25,711 bases of DNA, from contig CAXHAT010000115.1 in NCBI GenBank assembly GCA_964014485.1, positions 1 through 25,711 of the forward strand, given 5' to 3'. Shown here piece by piece: positions 16,252 through 23,940 of this stretch (within the stretch, counting starts at the first letter, position 1; each line of letters begins with the position of its first letter). The translations under genes were made by a program, and so were the position numbers. A model generated the notes under the pieces. It was not told the DNA's origin. It saw nothing but the letters and a program-made list of their open reading frames with translations, and ran no database searches. This DNA is from an uncultured Deferribacteres bacterium (lineage in GTDB: Bacteria > Zhuqueibacterota > Zhuqueibacteria > Zhuqueibacterales > Geothermadaptataceae).

Positions 16252-18048
16252 ATGAGCATTTGTGGAATTTGGAGAACTTGCGACGGCGAAACGGGCGATG
16301 AAGCAAGCCTGCAAAAGATGCTGGCTTCTCGAAGCGCCGCGGACCCAAAAAATATCAAGACCTGGAGCGATGAGAAGGCGGGCTTGGCTTTGGGTTTCAG
16401 CCGCCTGGAGGATGATGCGGGATTGGATGTACAGACGTCTTTTTTCAGTAAAGACGATCCGCGTTTTGTTTTTTTGGGCGAAGGTCGTTTTTCGCAATCA
16501 CCAACTTTTGCACATGATAAAACGCTGCCCGATTTGGCCGGGAATGCAGCGAACGGCGTTTTCCCGGAAGATATGTACGGCGGTTTTGTCATGGCCGCCA
16601 TTGATCGCAAAGCGCGCACGCTGACCCTTGGCCGTGACTCTTTGGGCGCAAGAATGCTCTACTGGACGAAGTTGCACAACAGCGGCGCCGTCATTTTTGC
16701 TTCAGAACTGCAAAGTCTGTTGGCGCATCCGCAAGTCCGTTTTGAAATCGATTCAACCGCTGCGTCCGTTTTCCTTGCCTTGGGCTATGTGCCTTCGCCT
16801 CTGACTATTTGCCGCGATATACAAAAACTCATCCCCGGAGAATATTTGCAATTTCAATCGGGGGAAAGCGCGTCCAAAAGCGCGATGATGCAAATCAAAC
16901 CGCGTGAAGTTGCGGCCAACGATCTTGACGACTACGGTCGAGCGGCGCGAAAAGAGATTATTGAAAGTGTCACGGCAAATCTGCCTCGCACCGGAAAGCC
17001 GGGCGTTTTGTTAAGCGGCGGCGCAGACTCAACGGCAATCGTCGGCGCTTTGCGGGAATTGGTCGGCAATGATTTTCAGACTTTTACAGCCGGCTACGAG
17101 CAGATGGAGAAGGACAGAGCCGGGCTTACGGACGTCACGTTTAGCCAAATGCTCGCGGAGAAGCTGAAGCTCAATCATCACGAAATTATGATTGGGCAAA
17201 ACGATGTCAGCGAAGAAAGAATTTTGCACGCGGTTCAAAATATGAGCGAACCCGCGGATACTTTGGGCCACATGGTTTCAGCGTCGTTTCTATTTGAAAA
17301 AGCGCGGGGCATGGGCGCGAATCTGGTGATGTCCGGTTCAAACGCTGAACATAATTTTGGCAGCCTTATTTGGCGGAAAGGGCTGAAATCCGGGAAAATT
17401 AAAGAAGATTCCAGTCGCGGCGCGGTTCTCGATTACTATGTTGAAAGCAGCGTTTCCCATCATAGCCGCTTGGGTCGCCTGTTGGTCGGAGCGCAAACGG
17501 ACGCACGAGAAAAAACTATTGAAGCGTTCGATCTGAGATGGCGTCACATGGATTTGGAAGACCGCTACAATGCGCTGTGCTGGTTGATGCTTACCGCGAG
17601 CGGTTGCGAGAGAATTACGCCTCTTTTGGACAGAATGAGCGCAAGTTTTCGCATTGACGTCCGGCACCCGTTTCATGAACCAAAATTATTTCAGTTTTCT
17701 CTGAACATTCCTTCCGTCTTTAAAGGTCGTGAATCGGAAAAAATGTATAAAGCCGTGTTGCTAAAAGCCTTTGACGACGTTATCGATCCGACAATTGCCA
17801 ATCGTCGCAAAGTCGGCTTTCTGGGGCTAAATTTGGAAGCGCCGGCGGTCGTTTCATTGATGGACTGTTTATTCGCAAAAGCGGCTCTTGCCAAGTCAGG
17901 CATATTTGAACCGGAAAAAACCGTGCTAACCGTCGCCAAAGCAAAAAAGAAAAATCGCGGGGTAGACAGAAAAACGCTTTGGCGGATTCTGATTCTACAG
18001 CTTTGGCAAGAAGTACATCACGCTGCTGCAACTGAAAAGAGGAGCTAA
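16252..18048 (+). CDS. Asparagine synthetase B-like ATP-dependent amide ligase (atypical N-terminus)
   Basis: RDSLG, FASE, LLSGGADS PP-loop, RHPF, RRKVGF, LWRILILQLW. Confidence 0.88.
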   Translation: MSICGIWRTCDGETGDEASLQKMLASRSAADPKNIKTWSDEKAGLALGFSRLEDDAGLDVQTSFFSKDDPRFVFLGEGRFSQSPTFAHDKTLPDLAGNAANGVFPEDMYGGFVMAAIDRKARTLTLGRDSLGARMLYWTKLHNSGAVIFASELQSLLAHPQVRFEIDSTAASVFLALGYVPSPLTICRDIQKLIPGEYLQFQSGESASKSAMMQIKPREVAANDLDDYGRAARKEIIESVTANLPRTGKPGVLLSGGADSTAIVGALRELVGNDFQTFTAGYEQMEKDRAGLTDVTFSQMLAEKLKLNHHEIMIGQNDVSEERILHAVQNMSEPADTLGHMVSASFLFEKARGMGANLVMSGSNAEHNFGSLIWRKGLKSGKIKEDSSRGAVLDYYVESSVSHHSRLGRLLVGAQTDAREKTIEAFDLRWRHMDLEDRYNALCWLMLTASGCERITPLLDRMSASFRIDVRHPFHEPKLFQFSLNIPSVFKGRESEKMYKAVLLKAFDDVIDPTIANRRKVGFLGLNLEAPAVVSLMDCLFAKAALAKSGIFEPEKTVLTVAKAKKKNRGVDRKTLWRILILQLWQEVHHAAATEKRS

Positions 18049-18050
18049 AG

Positions 18051-19838
18051 ATGGCCGGCATTTACGGTTATTTTTGCTACGGAGAGCCTGAACCCGGAAT
18101 AGCGACCGCCTTTTTTGAAGCTGTCAAGAAAGGAGCGCCCGCCGTAGAAGGTCAAAAACAAACTTTCAAAAGCGCCGACGGCTCAGCGGCGATGTATTGG
18201 GAATCGAGCAGCGATGAATCGACGCCCGTTGTTGAAGGCAATGCTAACGCGCCGATCATTTTCACGGACGGCTGGTTTTGCACAAGCGATGAACCGTCTT
18301 CCCAGGCTTTTGTACAGACGAACGAGCGCTCAAGAAAAATCGCGGCGTCGTTGGAAAAAGGCGCGGACTGCGGCATACGGGGCAATTACGCGACGGGCTG
18401 CTGGAATCCCGCCGAACGAACGATGATGATTTCAGCGGATCGTTTCAATACCAAGACTTTGTATTACACAGTTGTGCCTGAAAAGAATCTGTTCGTTTTT
18501 GGATCGCGACTCAATGTGCTGACCAATTTCTCTGGAGTTCGGAAAAAAGTCTCACAGGCAGGCTTGGCGGCATACTTGATTTACGGCTTTTTGCCTGCGC
18601 CGTTGACCCCTTATGAGAACGTCTGCAAAGTTTTTCCAGGCGAAGTTTTGCGCATTGACGCGCGCGGCGAAATCGTCAAGTCGCGCCCCCGAACAGTCGT
18701 TCTGAAGCCGGATCACGAGGCCAGCTACGAAGAACATTGCAAATCCACGCGAGAAAGCCTCTTGAGCGCTGTTGAGTTTTATACCACGCAGTATGGCGAG
18801 GTCGGGAATCTTTTAAGCGGCGGGATTGACTCAACGCTTATGCTTGCGGCGCAGAGCAAGTTCAGTGATAAGCCGATAAAAGCTTTTACGCTTGACTACG
18901 ATGATGTTCAAAAAAACAGATATGAAGTCTCCGATTTGAGATATGCGCAATACGCGACGAAACTTTATGGCGCTGAGCATTTTCCGTTAATTCGGGAAAG
19001 AGAGTCGGTCGGGCTTGGTGAGTTGGAGCGTATCGCGCCCTATTATGATGAACCGATCACGACCTTGACGCACGGCGTGACGACGGACGCTTTGCTGGAG
19101 CTTGCCCGAGCTAAAGGCGTCAAGCATTGTATCACCGGCAACGCAACAGGCCCGCTTTATGGTTTGGTCGCCTGGAAAGCGACGCAGCGAAAAATGCGCA
19201 AAGGCAAAATCAACAGCGACGAAGACATATTGGACGGCTACGGCAAGACGGCGAATTGCGACTTGACGTGGGTTTCGGAGCTCTTGCCGGGACTGGAAGA
19301 AGCGCCGATAGAGATCACCAATCGCATTTTTACGCCCTATCGCGAGATGTATGAGGCGGAATCTATCTACGAGCGATTTATGAACATCCGGCTGATTATG
19401 CAAGCCGGGCAGCGCGTTCTTGGCATGAAGGAAGCCGTTGCGCGCCAACGCGGCGTATCGTGCTGGCATCCCTTTGTCCATCCTGACGTTCACGCGTCTG
19501 CAATTCGCATCCCGGGTCGCTATAAGGGCGAGTTTGACCTGGCGAAAAGCAAGGCGGTTCTTGTTGACGCTTTCCGCGACATGATCCCGGAAAAAGTGGT
19601 CACGCGACCCAAGGTCGGCCTGCCAAGTTCCGTTCTTGACAAACGCGAAACGCTTGTCCGCTATTCCGGGGAGAAGCTGACGCGCGAACGCCTGTCCGAG
19701 ACGGGCATTCTAAATCCAAAATTCGTAGCGGATCTTTTTGAGAAAGCGCAAACGAAGGAAGGATTGAAACGATCGGCGAAGCTTCTGCGCAATCTGACGA
19801 TGCTGCAAGTGTGGGCGGAAGCGAATTTACTCAGTTAG
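18051..19838 (+). CDS. Asparagine synthetase B-like protein (no N-terminal Cys; degenerate second Asp motif)
   Basis: LLSGGIDS, YDEP, HPFVH, RPKVG. Begins MAGIYG, 2 bp after the upstream stop. Confidence 0.85.
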   Translation: MAGIYGYFCYGEPEPGIATAFFEAVKKGAPAVEGQKQTFKSADGSAAMYWESSSDESTPVVEGNANAPIIFTDGWFCTSDEPSSQAFVQTNERSRKIAASLEKGADCGIRGNYATGCWNPAERTMMISADRFNTKTLYYTVVPEKNLFVFGSRLNVLTNFSGVRKKVSQAGLAAYLIYGFLPAPLTPYENVCKVFPGEVLRIDARGEIVKSRPRTVVLKPDHEASYEEHCKSTRESLLSAVEFYTTQYGEVGNLLSGGIDSTLMLAAQSKFSDKPIKAFTLDYDDVQKNRYEVSDLRYAQYATKLYGAEHFPLIRERESVGLGELERIAPYYDEPITTLTHGVTTDALLELARAKGVKHCITGNATGPLYGLVAWKATQRKMRKGKINSDEDILDGYGKTANCDLTWVSELLPGLEEAPIEITNRIFTPYREMYEAESIYERFMNIRLIMQAGQRVLGMKEAVARQRGVSCWHPFVHPDVHASAIRIPGRYKGEFDLAKSKAVLVDAFRDMIPEKVVTRPKVGLPSSVLDKRETLVRYSGEKLTRERLSETGILNPKFVADLFEKAQTKEGLKRSAKLLRNLTMLQVWAEANLLS

Positions 19839-19852
19839 TGAGGTTTTCGATT

Positions 19853-21094
19853 ATGGGAAAAACGATCAAGCATGATGTTGCCGTTATTGGCGGCGGGCCG
19901 GGCGGACTTTCCGCTGCATTGTTCTTAAAAAAAGCCGGCGTGAGTCCGGTGATAATCGAGAAACAGACTTTTCCGCGTTACCACATCGGCGAATCGTTCA
20001 CCGGGGAAGTCCGCAAGGTATTGACGCGTTTGGACCTGGCGCCGAGCATGCTGAAAGCGGAGTATCCGGTTAAGTACGGCGTGAAGGTTTTCGGCCCTGG
20101 GGGCAAAAATTCTTTCTGGGTCGGCGTGGCGGAAAGAGACGAAAAATCGGTGCAAAAACCAAGTTGGACCTGGCAGGTGCGCCGGAGTAAATTTGACAAA
20201 ATGTTGCTCGATACGGCGATAGAACGCGGTGTTGAATATTTGCCGTGCGAAGCCAAGGAGCCAATCATTGAAAACGGCATTGTCGCTGGCGTGCGCATTG
20301 AAACGCCCGGCGGAAAATCGGACGACGTTCAGGCCAAAGCTGTGATTGACGCTTCCGGCCCCGCCACTTTTCTCGCATCAAAGGGTGTAACCGGGCGCAA
20401 GGATCGCGGCAGATATGACAATCAGGTGGCGGTGTTTTCGCAAGTGGTCGACGCCGTTCGCGATCCAGGCGAGGATGCGGGTAACACGCTTATTTTTTAT
20501 CAAAAGAAACATCATTGGGCGTGGTTTATTCCCATTGACGCCAAGAACACCAGCGTGGGCGTAACAGTTCCGGCAGGGTATTTAAAGGCGCAAAAGCTTT
20601 CGAAGGAAGCGTTTCTCAAGCAAGAGTTGCGCAGCCTGAACAGCGAATTAACGAAACGCATCACAAATCTGGATTTCACCGAGGAAGTGCGGGCCTGTTC
20701 GAATTTTTCGTACCAGGTGGAAAACTTTACTGGCAGAAATTTTATCTGCGTCGGCGACGCACATCGTTTCATTGATCCTATATTTTCACTTGGCGTTTTT
20801 CTGGCGATGCGCGAAGGTGAAATAGCGGCGGAAGCGATCATTGATTTTCTCGCCGGCAAGTTGAACGGCGAGGGAAATCCTTTTGCCGAATATGAACGCT
20901 ACGTGGATGAAGGGCAAGACGTTGTGCAGGCTTTGCTGGACACGTTCTGGGAACACCCGTTGGCCTTCGCGCTCTTCGCGCATAAACGCTACAAAGAAGA
21001 AGTCATCGATACTTTTGCCGGACGCATCTACGGCGAGGAAGGTCGAAACAATAAGGCGGTTATTGCTATGCGAAAGCTTCTGGCGAAGCAATAA
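19853..21094 (+). CDS. Flavin-dependent halogenase (second copy)
   Basis: GGGPGG, PRYHIGES, Lys in PVKYG, WAWFIP, GDAHRFIDPIFSLG. Start set at ATG 19853 (GAGG upstream), which avoids overlap with the previous gene. Confidence 0.83.
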   Translation: MGKTIKHDVAVIGGGPGGLSAALFLKKAGVSPVIIEKQTFPRYHIGESFTGEVRKVLTRLDLAPSMLKAEYPVKYGVKVFGPGGKNSFWVGVAERDEKSVQKPSWTWQVRRSKFDKMLLDTAIERGVEYLPCEAKEPIIENGIVAGVRIETPGGKSDDVQAKAVIDASGPATFLASKGVTGRKDRGRYDNQVAVFSQVVDAVRDPGEDAGNTLIFYQKKHHWAWFIPIDAKNTSVGVTVPAGYLKAQKLSKEAFLKQELRSLNSELTKRITNLDFTEEVRACSNFSYQVENFTGRNFICVGDAHRFIDPIFSLGVFLAMREGEIAAEAIIDFLAGKLNGEGNPFAEYERYVDEGQDVVQALLDTFWEHPLAFALFAHKRYKEEVIDTFAGRIYGEEGRNNKAVIAMRKLLAKQ

Positions 21095-21143
21095 TTTCTA
21101 ATAACTTTTCGAGGTGGTTAATGCGACTGTGGAGAATATAGCA

Positions 21144-22163
21144 ATGGAAAAAAACTACCGCCTGTTTAAGAATCCGATTTGGATCGGGGCCGGTTTTGTC
21201 TGGGCCGGGTGGCTCGCGATAATGCTTTTGGGGGATCACTGGCATTACTTTACCACCAATTATTTTATGTCGATCACAATGGTGTTCGGCTCGTTTATCG
21301 CCGGCGCCACGAGCGAGGGCGGCGGCGCCGTAGCGTTTCCTGTTATGACGCTTCTCTTCAAAATCCCGCCGCATATTGCTCGCGATTTTTCTTTTTGCAT
21401 TCAAGCCGTCGGCATGATGGCCGCCGCATTCACGATTTATTGCATGAAAGTTCAGGTTGAATGGCGCGCGGTGATCTACGCCGGGCTTGGCGGCGCTATT
21501 GGCGTCGCAATCGGTCTGGACGTTATTTCACCCATGCTGCCGCCTGCATACACGAAGCTCTTTTTTGTCAGCACATGGTTGAGCTTCGCCGCCGCATTGT
21601 TTTGGATCAACCGTTATAAAAATCGCAAAACGCACAGTGAAATTGTAAACTTTGAGTCAAAGCATATCGGGCTTTTGTTCGTCACCGGAATTATTGGCGG
21701 CTGCGTCAGCGGCATTACCGGCAGCGGCCTGGATATTGTGACCTTTTCTCTACTGGTGCTGACCTTTCGCGTCGATGAAAAAGTCGCCACACCCACCTCA
21801 GTTGTTCTCATGGGCATGAACGCCTTGGTCGGCGTGATTTGGCGCGAAGGCGTGACCACCGGCATGGCCGCGGCTGCATGGGAATACTGGTATGTTTGCG
21901 TGCCAATTGTCGTCGTCGGCGCGCCTGCCGGAGCCTGGTTTATTAAGAACAAGTCGCGATTGTTTGTCGCGGGGTTTCTTTACTTGTCGATATTGATCCA
22001 ATACGTCGCGGCTTTGGCGATTATCCCAATGTCAAGAGAGTTGATCATTTTCACTGCCTCCGTCGCTGTTGGCGGACTGCTCTTTTTTGGTCAGATGGCG
22101 TATTTCGGCAAGCGCAGATTAAACTGGCTAAACAGCACCTCGCCCAAAGAAGCGCGTACTTAG
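21144..22163 (+). CDS. TauE/SafE (TSUP) family membrane permease
   Basis: Multiple TM helices with repeated Gly-rich motifs GATSEGGGAVAFP and SGITGSGLD, plus ATPTSV and GAPAG. ATG 21144 has GGAG at 21131. Confidence 0.85.
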   Translation: MEKNYRLFKNPIWIGAGFVWAGWLAIMLLGDHWHYFTTNYFMSITMVFGSFIAGATSEGGGAVAFPVMTLLFKIPPHIARDFSFCIQAVGMMAAAFTIYCMKVQVEWRAVIYAGLGGAIGVAIGLDVISPMLPPAYTKLFFVSTWLSFAAALFWINRYKNRKTHSEIVNFESKHIGLLFVTGIIGGCVSGITGSGLDIVTFSLLVLTFRVDEKVATPTSVVLMGMNALVGVIWREGVTTGMAAAAWEYWYVCVPIVVVGAPAGAWFIKNKSRLFVAGFLYLSILIQYVAALAIIPMSRELIIFTASVAVGGLLFFGQMAYFGKRRLNWLNSTSPKEART

Positions 22164-22169
22164 GAGCGA

Positions 22170-22209
22170 AGGTGCATAGGCAGAAAGGCACAGAGGCACA
22201 AAGATACAA
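22170..22209 (+). repeat. Degenerate octamer tandem repeat (AGGCACAA-like) x5
   Basis: AGGTGCAT AGGCAGAA AGGCACAG AGGCACAA AGATACAA, 6 bp after a stop codon. Confidence 0.6.
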
Positions 22210-22243
22210 AATGCTTGAAAGTATCGAGTTCAGAACAACCTTT

Positions 22244-22320
22244 CTAACAGCTAACAGCTAACAGCTAACAGCTAACAGCTAACAGCTAACAGCTAACAGC
22301 TAACAGCTAACAGCTAACAC
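22244..22320 (+). repeat. Heptamer tandem array (CTAACAG)x10 plus CTAACAC
   Basis: Read directly. Reverse-complement unit GCTGTTA belongs to the same family as GCAGTAA. Confidence 0.95.
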
Positions 22321-22359
22321 CACAGGACTGACAACAAAGATTTCAGGAAGGAATCTAAG

Positions 22360-23754
22360 ATGAAACAGGAATTGATTTTGCGCAAACGCCTGGCTTTGGC
22401 GTTGGGCGTTTTGGGAGCGTTTTTCGCTTCACAAGGCATGGCTCAAAGAGCCTGCCCCAAATTTCACAATGTTCGTTATCAGGACGATTACAGCGCTTTT
22501 GAGAAAGGCGATTGTCTCATGGGCGTGATAAAGCAAATTCCGCTTGGCGGCGCTGCGCATGTTTCGTTTGGCGGGCAGTATCGCGCCAGATTTGAATTTG
22601 ATAAAAATCGCGCGTTCGGCGCCAGTGATCCGAAATCTCAAGATTATGTTCTAAACCGAGTTTTCCTTTTTAGCGATTTGCGACTTGGTGAACGGGGCAA
22701 AATCTTCGCTGAATTCAAGGCTGCGGGCGTGAACAACAACGACCTGCCGCCGTCGCCGATTATGCGCGACAAGCTGGATATTCAAAATCTGTTCGCTGAA
22801 TACTGGCTGCTAAATAGGAAAAAAGCCAGATTTGGCGTTCGCCTTGGGCGACAAGAGATGCAGTTTGGCAAACAGCGCCTGATTTCGCCTTTGGATTGGG
22901 CGAACACCCGCCGTACTTTTGAAGGCGCACGAGTTTTGTTTTCGCGTTCAAAGTGGGAATTCGATGCTTTTCTTATGCGGCATGTGCCCGTGAAAGCGGA
23001 AGCGCTCAATAAGGCGGATAGTACGACTCGTTTCTCGGGTTTCTATATTCAACGCAAATGGCGCTTGGGAAAAGCTTCCGCCTACTTTCTTTCGCTGGAT
23101 AATAACACGACGGTTGCGCCAAGCGGCTCTGCGACGGGCTTTAGTCGTCAGACCGTGGGGGCGGCTTGGGACGGCGCTTCAAAAAATATCGATTGGAGTA
23201 CGGAAACCGCGCTGCAATTTGGCGATTTTGCCGGCGAAGATATCGGCGCCTGGATGTTGACGCTCAATGCCGGATATACTTTTAAGCGTCACGCAATGAA
23301 GCCGCGCCTGGGCTTGGGCCTCGATCTCGCTTCCGGAGACGCTGACCCAAACGACGCGAAATTACAGTCGTTCAACCAGCTTTTCCCGCTGGCGCATGCT
23401 TATTTCGGCTGGACGGATCAAGTCGGCAGAAGCAATTTGCGCGCGCTGCAATTTAACTTTCGCGCCAATCCGCATGAGCGTGTTACCGTCAAGCTTTTCA
23501 TACATGATTTTCATCTTTTGCAAGCCCGAGACGCTTTTTACAACGCCGCCGGAGCTGCGGCGCGTTCAGACATCGAAGGGCTTTCCGGTAAGGACGTCGG
23601 GCAGGAAGTTGACGTTGAGATAAGCTACAACATTAACCAACATATCGGGCTGGCGATAGGCGCGGCTGTGTTTGTTCCAGGCGAGTTTATCAAAAAAACC
23701 GGCGATTCCGAAGCGCATCGGTTGATTTATTTCATGATCCCGGTTAAGTTTTGA
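22360..23754 (+). CDS. Alginate export (AlgE-like) family outer-membrane beta-barrel protein
   Basis: Signal peptide (...SQGMA), GGQYRARFE, RLGRQEMQFGKQRLISPLDWANTRRTFEG, ASGD..P....FNQLFPLAH, terminal Phe. Confidence 0.85.
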   Translation: MKQELILRKRLALALGVLGAFFASQGMAQRACPKFHNVRYQDDYSAFEKGDCLMGVIKQIPLGGAAHVSFGGQYRARFEFDKNRAFGASDPKSQDYVLNRVFLFSDLRLGERGKIFAEFKAAGVNNNDLPPSPIMRDKLDIQNLFAEYWLLNRKKARFGVRLGRQEMQFGKQRLISPLDWANTRRTFEGARVLFSRSKWEFDAFLMRHVPVKAEALNKADSTTRFSGFYIQRKWRLGKASAYFLSLDNNTTVAPSGSATGFSRQTVGAAWDGASKNIDWSTETALQFGDFAGEDIGAWMLTLNAGYTFKRHAMKPRLGLGLDLASGDADPNDAKLQSFNQLFPLAHAYFGWTDQVGRSNLRALQFNFRANPHERVTVKLFIHDFHLLQARDAFYNAAGAAARSDIEGLSGKDVGQEVDVEISYNINQHIGLAIGAAVFVPGEFIKKTGDSEAHRLIYFMIPVKF

Positions 23755-23940
23755 TGGCATGATTGCTGTATTTAAGCGTTTCAAACGGATGTGAGGCGGC
23801 GGTTTCAGGGAAGAATCCACCAATCTAAAGTTCGAAAATGTAAAAACGCCGGTAATGATTACAAAACCGGCGTGTAAAATTTTCACCCAAAGACGAACCG
23901 CGCTCCGCAACAAGCACTGCACCTCATGGGAGAACCCAAA

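Noticed and set aside
16252..19838. Housekeeping asnB
   Set aside because: The N-terminal catalytic Cys is missing, the motifs are degenerate, and the genes are tandem within a biosynthetic cluster, so no symbol was given.
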